From the NCBI GenBank assembly GCA_029247365.1, contig JAQWLJ010000017.1, positions 499 to 64,498 of the forward strand: a DNA stretch of 64,000 nt. The letters are read 5' to 3'. Each line of letters starts with the position of its first letter. Position 1 is the stretch's first letter. Origin of the DNA: Acidimicrobiales bacterium. Lineage in GTDB: Bacteria; Actinomycetota; Acidimicrobiia; Acidimicrobiales; Aldehydirespiratoraceae. The notes below the pieces were generated by a model. The model saw only the letters and a list, made by a program, of their open reading frames with translations, was not told where the DNA came from and ran no database searches. The position numbers and the translations under genes were made by a program. Positions 20,948 to 28,950 of the stretch are shown piece by piece.

Positions 20948-21053
20948 AAGGTTGGCGCTCTTGGCTCCGTCTTGCGGCGGGCCAGATAGACGTCTTCGGG
21001 TTCCGGGCAGCTCAGACCTACGCAAGATCGGCCATCGCCATTCGGTCGCAAAA

Positions 21054-21299
21054 TCAGTCCTTGCCTAGCCGAACCACCAGCAACACAACCATTGCGCCGA
21101 CGACCGAGCCGATAAAGCCACCTCGCGACACCTCAAAACCGTCACCGGTGACAACAGAGCCGAGGGTTCCGCCAACGCCTGAGCCGACGATGCCCAGGAG
21201 GATGGTGCCAATGCAGCCGATGGGTTTGCCGGTGGGAACGAGGAGCCGAGCGAGCAGGCCAGCGAAAAGTCCGGGAATGATCCAACTGAGCCAGGCCAT
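21054..21299 (-). CDS. GlsB/YeaQ/YmgE family stress-response membrane protein
   Basis: MAWLSWIIPGLFAGLLARLLVPG-type N-terminus and Gly-rich TM helices. 81 aa. Confidence 0.88.
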   Translation of the reverse strand: MAWLSWIIPGLFAGLLARLLVPTGKPIGCIGTILLGIVGSGVGGTLGSVVTGDGFEVSRGGFIGSVVGAMVVLLVVRLGKD

Positions 21300-21364
21300 G
21301 AGGCGAGTCTTGCCGATCAGGCTCGATCCGGGCGGTCAGCCGAGTGTGGCGTTGGGCACGCTGG

Positions 21365-21387
21365 TTGTCTCACTCGTGCCGTAGCGT
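21365..21387 (+). promoter_or_regulatory. candidate RecA-NDp-like (PafBC-type) promoter, leaderless helicase mRNA
   Basis: TTGTCtcac-N8-TAGCGT has the spacing of the mycobacterial tTGTCRgtg-N8-TAnnnT motif. The -10 hexamer ends 5 nt before the ATG at 21393. The Rgtg part does not match. Confidence 0.3.
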
Positions 21388-21392
21388 CGCCC

Positions 21393-24203
21393 ATGATGAT
21401 CAACTGCGGCCACTGCGGAGGCGCCCATGCGACAGTGGCGGACGTCCGTGCCTGCTCTGGCGCGGCCGCCGGATCGACGCCGAGCAGGCACCCCACCGCG
21501 CAAACAACGTCTCTGCAGCCCCAGACCGCGCCCGACGCCACGCCGTTACCTGTCGACTGGAGTCGGCTCGCAGGTCCACCGGAGCTCGCCCGCAACCTCA
21601 TCGTCGGACCGACCGACCCGGTCCCTGCGCCGTGGGCCGATGCGCCGATTATCGAGCTCAATGCTGATGCGCCCGACGATGCCCTGCTTGACAAGCTGGT
21701 CGACCATCGCATCGACCGTCGACCAGTCGTCGTGCGGCTGACCGGCGAGCTGCCCGACCCCGACCCGATCCTGCCCGTCGAGTACTGGCATCTGGCTCCC
21801 GACACTGACCTCCCCGGCGACCGGCTCCGCCATGTCGTCGTGTCACACGCCGTCGATGCCCGCCTCGCTGATCGACCCACCATCGCCGCGGTCGACCTCG
21901 CGCTCGCGGCCGGGGCAACCCTTGCCGACTCGGGCCCCGGCGACGTCGTCGGTCCCGATGGGCCCGTGTGGTGCGACGGCGGGCCGCTGCACTGGTTCAA
22001 CCCGATCGACGGTGCTTCGGTGGTGCCTGCGCCGAACCTCCGGTGCGGCTCACTCACCCCCCTGCAGTGCACCGAACCAAGTGCCGATCTCGCCCCCGAT
22101 CAGCTCGCCGCGGTCGCCCACTCCGGCGCGGGTGCCCGAATCATCGCCCCTGCAGGGTCCGGGAAGACCCGCGTCCTCACCGAGCGGGCCCGTCACCTAA
22201 TCCGTGACCGCCATGTCGATCCGCGATGCATTTGCCTTCTGGCGTTCAACGTCCGCGCCCGCGAAGAAATGCAGGAGCGCACAACCGATCTACCCGGCCT
22301 CGAGATCCGCACCCTGAACAGCCTCGCCCTTGCCGTCGTGGCAGGGCGGGCGCCGTTCGGACGCCCCACCGTTCGGCGAGGGTCCGAGGTCATCGATGAG
22401 CGTCAGGTCCGACGTATCCTCGACGATCTGGTGCCGGGCCGCCGGCAGGCCATGGCCGATCCGATGGCGGTCTGGATCGAAGCGCTCACGGCAACCCGAC
22501 TCGGCCTGCGCGATCCCGCCCACGTCGAAACCGAGTTCGCCGGCGATATCCGCGACTTCCTCTCGATCTCGCGTGAGTACCGTGATCGTCTCGCCCGCGC
22601 TGGCGCCCTCGACTTCGACGAGCAGATCCTTGGCGCAATCGAGGTGCTGCTCACCGATCCCGGCGCCCGCCGAGCGGCCCGACGGGCTTGCCAAATCATG
22701 CTGGTCGACGAATTTCAGGACCTCACCCCGGCGCACGTGTTGCTGGTCCGTCTCCTGACCGGTCCCGAGGCGAACGTCTTCGGCGTGGGCGACGACGACC
22801 AAACCATCTACGGCTACGCCGGCGCGTCACCGGCCTGGCTCCTCGACTTCGCCAACCTGTTCCCTGGCTCGGCTGCACACGATCTCCACGTCAACTACCG
22901 CTGCGCGCCGCCGGTTGTCGATGGTGCGTCGACACTCCTTCAACACAACCGCCGCCGCATCGCGAAGACGATGCGGGCCAAACCCGGACGCGACGTCGAT
23001 GGCTTCGCGCTCGAACACCGCACCAGCCCCGATCCGAGCTCGGTCACCGTCGAGCACGTGCTCGAGCTGATCAACGAGGGAGTCAGCCCCAGCGACATCG
23101 CCATCCTCACGCGGGTGAACGCCACGCTGCTCGGCCCCATGCTCGGGCTCGACGCAGCTGGCGTCGCTACTACTGCGCCCATCGATGCCAACTTTGTCGA
23201 GCGCACCGGCGTCGCCGGTGCCCTTGCCTGGCTCCGACTCGCCACCGCACCGAGCCGGGCGCTGCCTGGCACTGCGCTTGAGACCGCAATCCGTCGCCCA
23301 CCGCGCGGCCTCCGGCGCAACATCACATCGTGGATCGGCGAGAAACAGTCGATCCGAGAGATTGTCGACCTGGCCTCCCGCCTTAACGAGGCACGCGACC
23401 AGAACAAGGTCGCCGACTTTGCCGCCGATCTCCAACGGATCCGTGACCTCGCTGACGAGGCCGACACCGAGACCCTTCTTGTTGCGATCCGCGACGAGGT
23501 TGGCCTCGGTCGGGCCCTCGACAAGCGCCTCGACGCCAGCCGTCGGTCGGTCGACCGTTCAGCCCATGGCGACGACCTCACCGCCCTGCTTGCCGTCGCC
23601 CGTCACCAGCCTGACCCCGAAGCGTTCCCTGACTGGCTGGCCGAGCGACTCTCCGCGGCAACACCCGACTGGAGCGGCGTCCGCTTGTCGACCATCCATA
23701 GGGTCAAGGGCCGCGAGTGGCCCCACGTGGTGGTCCACGAGGCCACTGCGGGCCTGATGCCCCACCGTCTTTCGTCTGATGTGGAAGAGGAACGACGGGT
23801 CTTCCATGTCGCCATCACCCGTTCGTCTGCGCGGACCCTCGTCGTCAGCGGCACTCCGACATCACCCTTCGTTGCGCAGATGACCGAGCCGCCCGACCCG
23901 AACGCGCCCGCACCCACCAGACCGGTCCGCGCCCCCAGCAAATCCGAGCGCGACGTGCCCGAGGCCAACTCGATCGAAGAAGCCCAAATTCGCGAACGCC
24001 TCCGTACCTGGCGCACCGAGACGTCGAAGGCGGCTGGCATGCCGGCCTACGTCGTCTTCAACGACGTGACGCTCTACGCCATCGCCGATCGTCGACCGCT
24101 CAGTGACGATGAACTCCTCGACATTCCTGGCATCGGGCCCGTGAAGGTTGAGCGCTACGGCGAGGCCGTCATCGAGATCATCACCGGGGTTCTCGACGTT
24201 TGA
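21393..24203 (+). CDS. UvrD/REP-family ATP-dependent DNA helicase with a C-terminal HRDC domain and an N-terminal extension of about 230 aa
   Basis: Walker A APAGSGKTRV, motif II VDEFQD, and STIHRVKGREW. The C-terminus AAGMPAYVVFNDVTLYAIADRRP...IPGIGPVKVERYG is HRDC-like. The N-terminus carries INCGHCGGAHATVADVRAC. Confidence 0.9.
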   Translation: MMINCGHCGGAHATVADVRACSGAAAGSTPSRHPTAQTTSLQPQTAPDATPLPVDWSRLAGPPELARNLIVGPTDPVPAPWADAPIIELNADAPDDALLDKLVDHRIDRRPVVVRLTGELPDPDPILPVEYWHLAPDTDLPGDRLRHVVVSHAVDARLADRPTIAAVDLALAAGATLADSGPGDVVGPDGPVWCDGGPLHWFNPIDGASVVPAPNLRCGSLTPLQCTEPSADLAPDQLAAVAHSGAGARIIAPAGSGKTRVLTERARHLIRDRHVDPRCICLLAFNVRAREEMQERTTDLPGLEIRTLNSLALAVVAGRAPFGRPTVRRGSEVIDERQVRRILDDLVPGRRQAMADPMAVWIEALTATRLGLRDPAHVETEFAGDIRDFLSISREYRDRLARAGALDFDEQILGAIEVLLTDPGARRAARRACQIMLVDEFQDLTPAHVLLVRLLTGPEANVFGVGDDDQTIYGYAGASPAWLLDFANLFPGSAAHDLHVNYRCAPPVVDGASTLLQHNRRRIAKTMRAKPGRDVDGFALEHRTSPDPSSVTVEHVLELINEGVSPSDIAILTRVNATLLGPMLGLDAAGVATTAPIDANFVERTGVAGALAWLRLATAPSRALPGTALETAIRRPPRGLRRNITSWIGEKQSIREIVDLASRLNEARDQNKVADFAADLQRIRDLADEADTETLLVAIRDEVGLGRALDKRLDASRRSVDRSAHGDDLTALLAVARHQPDPEAFPDWLAERLSAATPDWSGVRLSTIHRVKGREWPHVVVHEATAGLMPHRLSSDVEEERRVFHVAITRSSARTLVVSGTPTSPFVAQMTEPPDPNAPAPTRPVRAPSKSERDVPEANSIEEAQIRERLRTWRTETSKAAGMPAYVVFNDVTLYAIADRRPLSDDELLDIPGIGPVKVERYGEAVIEIITGVLDV

Positions 24204-24308
24204 CAGCAGCCAAAGCTCGTCACATACCCTCGCCCCAATGCGTTGCAACATCACGATACGCCTCGGACTCAAGGCCGAAGTCGCCTCTCCGCCGCCGGCG
24301 AGCTGACG

Positions 24309-25151
24309 ATGGCGACCTTTCTCGACCCGGAGATCGATCCCCATACATTCCCAGTCGGCACGATTACCGCCAACCTCCTCGCCGAGCTGCGCAATAGCAA
24401 CCTGCGGCTGACACCCGAGCTGAGCGGCACTGTTGAACAGACGGCGCACGAGATCGATGCGAAGACCGGGGTGACCGTCACCGTGCACCGACCAGCCGGT
24501 CTCGAGGAACCGGCACCGGCGCTCTTCTGGATCCACGGTGGTGGGTACGTCATGGGCTCGGTCGATACCGACGCAGTGATGTTCGACCGACGACGTCTAC
24601 ACCGGGCTCGCGTGGATCTTTATGCACGCGGGCGAGCTAGGCATCGACCCGGCCCGCATCGGGATCGGCGGCGTGAGCGCCGGGGCGGGTTTGTGCTCGG
24701 CCCTGGCTTTGCTGGTTCGAGACCGCGGTGAGCTCAAAGTGCAGTTCCAGTTGCTCGATTGCCCGACGCTTGATGACACCCAGACCACGCCAAGTTCCCA
24801 GCTCAATGATCTGATCGTTTGGACCCGGAGCTCCGACGAGTTCGATTGGCGGTCGTATCTTGGCGACCGGTACGGCACTGACGACATCCCGGCCTACGCA
24901 GCTGTGGCCCGGGCTACCGATCTATCGAACCTGCCACCCGCCTATGTCTCGATCGGCACGGCGACAGCTTCCGCGACGCAGACATCGCCTATACCAGCCG
25001 ACTGATGGAAGCCGGCGAACCAACCGAGCTACACGTGTACCCCGGCACTCCTCACGGCGTCGCGTTCTGGGCGCATACCCAGATTGCCCGGGCCTACGAC
25101 GCCGACCAGACCCGTTGGCTTCGTCGCCAATTCGACGCGCTCGGATCATAG
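24309..25151 (+). pseudogene. alpha/beta-hydrolase fold-3 esterase/lipase, decayed (internal deletion plus two frame changes)
   Basis: The first segment has the oxyanion motif WIHGGGYVMGS and ends near 24585. It then jumps frame directly to DDVYTGLAWIFMHAGELGIDPARIGIGGVSAGAG (GxSxG). This skips the expected roughly 40-aa YRLAPE-containing region. A second frame change near 24960 returns to the first frame: GDSFRDADIAYTSRLMEAGEPTELHVYPGTPHGV...*. Confidence 0.75.
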
Positions 25152-25155
25152 CGGC

Positions 25156-25740
25156 CTACTGCATGTCACGAGCACTGACGGTGCGCTGACTCACCTCGAC
25201 CAGGTCACCGGAACGTACCTCGTAGGACACGACGTGTTCGACGGAGTGTTGGCCCGCCCGAGCTCTCCCGGTGACAAGGTCGAGCGAAAGGCCCTCGATC
25301 ACCGGCAGAAGCGCGACGGCCTTGAAACCCTCCTCCCGACCAGGATGGGAAAGCTTCTCTTCGCGGATGAGATCGATCGAGTCCCATATCCACACGTCAT
25401 CGACGCTCACGAAACGGCACCGGTGGCTCGACTTGTTCTTCGCCACGATCGAACCAGGACAGATGATGACCTGCCCCTCGATCCACGGCGGGCTGCCGAG
25501 CCCATCGCGGCCAAATGCCTGCTCGAACGCCTCGTCGATCATGGCGTCATGGTCGCCTGAGGACACGGCCCTGCGACGCATCTCGTCGCGCAACGCTGCG
25601 GCCAGATGGGTGATGGTGTCGACGTCGAGGCGCGCCGCGAGCTCGACTGCCGCATCGGGATCGTCGCGCAGATGACGGACCGTCGTACCCCAGCGTCGCT
25701 TCGGCTTGGTTTCATCCTTCGCAGCCATTGGCCCCATCAT
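25156..25740 (-). CDS. hypothetical protein
   Basis: 194-codon ORF with strong third-position G+C, and the opposite-strand frames look like shadow ORFs. I recognised no family. Confidence 0.6.
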   Translation of the reverse strand: MMGPMAAKDETKPKRRWGTTVRHLRDDPDAAVELAARLDVDTITHLAAALRDEMRRRAVSSGDHDAMIDEAFEQAFGRDGLGSPPWIEGQVIICPGSIVAKNKSSHRCRFVSVDDVWIWDSIDLIREEKLSHPGREEGFKAVALLPVIEGLSLDLVTGRARAGQHSVEHVVSYEVRSGDLVEVSQRTVSARDMQ

Positions 25741-25851
25741 GCCGGGCCTCTCTGCCTTCCGTACACGAGGCCACGTCCGCTCGGTGATCGCTGGATGCGC
25801 AGGGCCTCATCGGCTGGTGGAGCGACGAACGACGAGTGCTAGACCTGCTCC

Positions 25852-26271
25852 ATGGACATCTCCCCCACCCTTACCTGGGCATCAAACCGCACCCTCGGGG
25901 TACTCATCACCTTGCGCGGCGATGGCCGGGCCCAGTCCTCTGATGTGGTGTACGCCGTCATCGACGGTGCAATCTGTATCTCACTGACCGACAGCCGGGC
26001 CAAGACCCGGAACATGCGGCGCGACTCACGGGTGGTGTTCCACATCACCGATCCCGACAGTTGGAGCTATGCGTCGATCGATGCCGAGGCCGAACTCTCC
26101 GCCGTCGCGTCGGCTCCCAACGACACGACGGTCGATGATCTCATGAGCATCTACCGGGCCGTGACCGGTGGCGAGCACGACAACTGGGACGAGTTCCGGA
26201 CGGCGATGGTCGAGGAAGGTCGACTCGTCGCCCGTCTCCACCCCCGTTCGGCGACAGGCCAGATCCATTAG
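25852..26271 (+). CDS. PPOX-class probable F420-dependent enzyme (pyridoxamine 5'-phosphate oxidase fold)
   Basis: NRTLGVLITLRGDGRAQSSDVVYAV...DSRAKTRNMRRDSRVVFHI... is typical of the TIGR03618-like family. Confidence 0.8.
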   Translation: MDISPTLTWASNRTLGVLITLRGDGRAQSSDVVYAVIDGAICISLTDSRAKTRNMRRDSRVVFHITDPDSWSYASIDAEAELSAVASAPNDTTVDDLMSIYRAVTGGEHDNWDEFRTAMVEEGRLVARLHPRSATGQIH

Positions 26272-26279
26272 TCGGCGTC

Positions 26280-26735
26280 ATGAAGCAGGGATTCTTCGAC
26301 CACGTACTCGATGCGTTCGAGGGCTTCGCCGGCGACGCAAACGGAACCGTCCACGCTTCCTCGCATGGACGAGGCCTGAAGGTGTGGTTCGGCACCACCG
26401 ATAGTCGTAGTGCCAAGGAGCACTACGAAGCTCAGCTCATTCGCGTCGACGGGGCCGTCTCGTGCGAGATCGGCTTTCATGCGGAACACCGCGATCCCAC
26501 CCGTAATGAGGCGGTGCTCGCTGCACTCCTCGCTGAAGAGGCGATATGGCGCGAAGAACTTGGCGCCGATGCCGAGGCTGGCCCCTTCATCGGGATGGAC
26601 GATTGGGTCCGGATCTCCGAGGTGTGGGATCCGCCCGATCCCGATGACCCCGAAGCCTCCATGGAGGTCGCTGCTCGGCTCGCGGACTATGTCGACGCAC
26701 TCGAACCCGTCCGCCGGTCGCTCGAGATGCGATGA
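26280..26735 (+). CDS. hypothetical protein
   Basis: 151-codon ORF with coding-like codon bias and an acidic C-terminus. I recognised no family. Confidence 0.55.
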   Translation: MKQGFFDHVLDAFEGFAGDANGTVHASSHGRGLKVWFGTTDSRSAKEHYEAQLIRVDGAVSCEIGFHAEHRDPTRNEAVLAALLAEEAIWREELGADAEAGPFIGMDDWVRISEVWDPPDPDDPEASMEVAARLADYVDALEPVRRSLEMR

Positions 26736-26742
26736 TCGAACG

Positions 26743-28152
26743 GTGACTTCGTCGCTTCCTCCTGAGCGTGGCCTGTTCTGCAACCGGACCCTCAACCTTC
26801 GCGGGGTGCGGGCCATCGGTTACGACATGGACTACACCCTCATTCACTACCTCGTTGACGAGTGGGAACGAGCGGCCTTCGAACATGCCCGTGCCAACCT
26901 GCACGACGAGGGGTGGCCAGTCGACAATGTCGAGTTCGATCCCGAAGCGTTCACTCTCGGTCTGACCTTCGACCTCGACCTCGGCAACCTGGTCAAGGCC
27001 ACCCGGTTCGGCTATGTCGTTCGCGCCCAGCACGGGTCCGACGTCTTGTCGTTCGACGAGCAGCGAGCGGCCTACGACGGCACCGTCATCGAACTCGGCG
27101 ACGACCGCTTCGAGTTCATGAACACGTTGTTCGAGCTCAGCCGAGCATCACTGTGGACCCAACTCGTCGAGATCCACGATCAGACGCCCCTTCCCGGCGT
27201 CCACTCCTACGTTGCGCTGTACCGCGCCATCGACGGAGCCCTGGGCGCAGCGCATCTCGAAGGCGCGCTCAAACAACAGATCGTCGACGATCCCGAACGA
27301 TTCGTCGACCGCGATCCGGGACTGATCAACACGCTTCGCGATCAACGTCTCGCCGGTAAGCAGCTCCTCCTCGTGACCAATTCGGAATGGTGGTACACGC
27401 AGAAGATGATGAGCTGGTGCTTCGACGAGGCCATGGGGCCTGACCAGACCTGGCGTGACCTGTTCGACATCGTGATCGTCGCGGCAGCCAAACCTCGTTT
27501 CTTCGCAGAGCTGGGCCCGATCTTTCGGCTCGTCGACGAGGCAGCTGGTCATCTCGAACCGCACTTCGGGCCACTCGAAGCGGGCGAGGTGTACCACGGC
27601 GGCAACGCCCGAATGGTCGAGCGGGCGCTGGGCCACGAGGCCAGCCAGTTTCTCTATGTGGGCGACCATCTCTTCGGCGACGTCCACGTCACCAAGGACG
27701 TGCTTCGGTGGCGCACAGCGCTGATCGCTCGCGAGATGGAGGCAGAGGTGCGCGCGGCCGCAGACTTTGCCGATGACGAAAACCATCTCCGCGCCGACAT
27801 GGCTACCAAGATCGACTTCGAACAGCGACATGCAACCTTGCGGCTCCAGCGCCGTCACCTGGTGGTCAACGGAGCGAACCACGATGCGGTGGACGCTGAA
27901 ATTGATGCGATCGCTCGGCAACTCTCCGACATCGATGACGCGATCGCACCACTTGCCCGAGCCGCTGTGCTGCAGGGCAACGCCAACTGGGGTCCGCTGA
28001 TGCGCGCTGGTGTCGATAAGAGTCTCTTTGCCCGACAGGTCGAGAAGTACGCCGACGTGTACACCAGCCGGGTGAGCAACTTTGCTGCCGCCACGCCCTA
28101 CGGCTACCTCCGCGCGGCCCGAGGTTCGCTCCCCCACGACGCGGCGCACTAG
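26743..28152 (+). CDS. HAD-IG family 5'-nucleotidase
   Basis: GTG at 26743. GLFCNRTLNLRGVRAIGYDMDYTLIHY (DxDxT) and LLLVTNSEWWYT. This is the cytosolic 5'-nucleotidase-II-like family. Confidence 0.85.
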   Translation: MTSSLPPERGLFCNRTLNLRGVRAIGYDMDYTLIHYLVDEWERAAFEHARANLHDEGWPVDNVEFDPEAFTLGLTFDLDLGNLVKATRFGYVVRAQHGSDVLSFDEQRAAYDGTVIELGDDRFEFMNTLFELSRASLWTQLVEIHDQTPLPGVHSYVALYRAIDGALGAAHLEGALKQQIVDDPERFVDRDPGLINTLRDQRLAGKQLLLVTNSEWWYTQKMMSWCFDEAMGPDQTWRDLFDIVIVAAAKPRFFAELGPIFRLVDEAAGHLEPHFGPLEAGEVYHGGNARMVERALGHEASQFLYVGDHLFGDVHVTKDVLRWRTALIAREMEAEVRAAADFADDENHLRADMATKIDFEQRHATLRLQRRHLVVNGANHDAVDAEIDAIARQLSDIDDAIAPLARAAVLQGNANWGPLMRAGVDKSLFARQVEKYADVYTSRVSNFAAATPYGYLRAARGSLPHDAAH

Positions 28153-28179
28153 TCACCGACGACAAGGGTTGATTCCTTC

Positions 28180-28950
28180 ATGAACACCGACACCGCTCCC
28201 AACTTCGACATCGAGTTTTTCTGGGATCCGGTGTGCCCGTTTGCCTGGATCACGTCTCGCTGGGTCGAGGACGTTGCGGCACAAACCGGCATGAAGGTCG
28301 ACTGGCGGTTCATCTCGCTACGGCTGCTCAACAAAGACAAGGACTACGCCACGGAGTTTCCACCCGCCTACGAACACGGCCACACGGCCGGGCTCCGGTT
28401 CCTGCGAGTCGCAGCGGCGGTGCGAGCCGAGATTGGTCGCGAGGCCATGGCCGCCCTGGTCAAGGCCTACGGCGAGAGCTACTGGGACGCCGACCACAGC
28501 GCTCGCCGCGAAGTCCACGCCGGTCTGTCGTCCGATACGCACACCCGGGAGGTCCTGGCCGCCGCCGGCGTGGACCAGCGATTCGCCGACGCGCTCGACG
28601 ACCCATCGCGGGATGCCGAACTCGATGCCGAGACCGAACTGGCGCTCGAACGAACCGGACGCGATGTCGGCACACCGATCATCACCTTCAATGGCGGCGA
28701 TGGCACGGCGTTGTCCTTTTTTGGTCCGGTCATGAGCCGCGTGCCCAGCGCCGACGAAGCTGTTCCGCTCTGGAACGCAGTCACGACGCTGGCGTCGTTC
28801 CCCGGGTTTGCCGAGATGAAACGAAGCCTGCGTGAGGTACCCCAGCTGCGCATCACCGGCGCGATTGGCGACGAGCCCGAATTCGAAGACTGGACCGGCG
28901 GCCACCGCCGCGGGCATCTTGCCAGCGACCAGGTCGACACCGACTCGTGA
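28180..28950 (+). CDS. DsbA-like thioredoxin-fold protein (Rv2466c-like family), CPFA variant
   Basis: FFWDPVCPFAWITSRW sits at the N-terminus, where the family normally has a CxxC motif. GTGA overlap with the downstream guaD. Confidence 0.75.
   Translation: MNTDTAPNFDIEFFWDPVCPFAWITSRWVEDVAAQTGMKVDWRFISLRLLNKDKDYATEFPPAYEHGHTAGLRFLRVAAAVRAEIGREAMAALVKAYGESYWDADHSARREVHAGLSSDTHTREVLAAAGVDQRFADALDDPSRDAELDAETELALERTGRDVGTPIITFNGGDGTALSFFGPVMSRVPSADEAVPLWNAVTTLASFPGFAEMKRSLREVPQLRITGAIGDEPEFEDWTGGHRRGHLASDQVDTDS

Noticed and set aside
20255-21025. Intact 256-codon minus-strand ORF (TTG start) that a gene caller would report as a hypothetical protein
   Set aside because: It lies exactly antisense to multi-frame AlkA-like glycosylase similarity on the plus strand. 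Its third-position G+C is no better than that of the plus frame, it has a TTG start without a visible RBS, and its peptide has no recognisable motif. It is most likely a shadow ORF of the kind common in high-GC DNA. It is kept as the alternative hypothesis in the findings.
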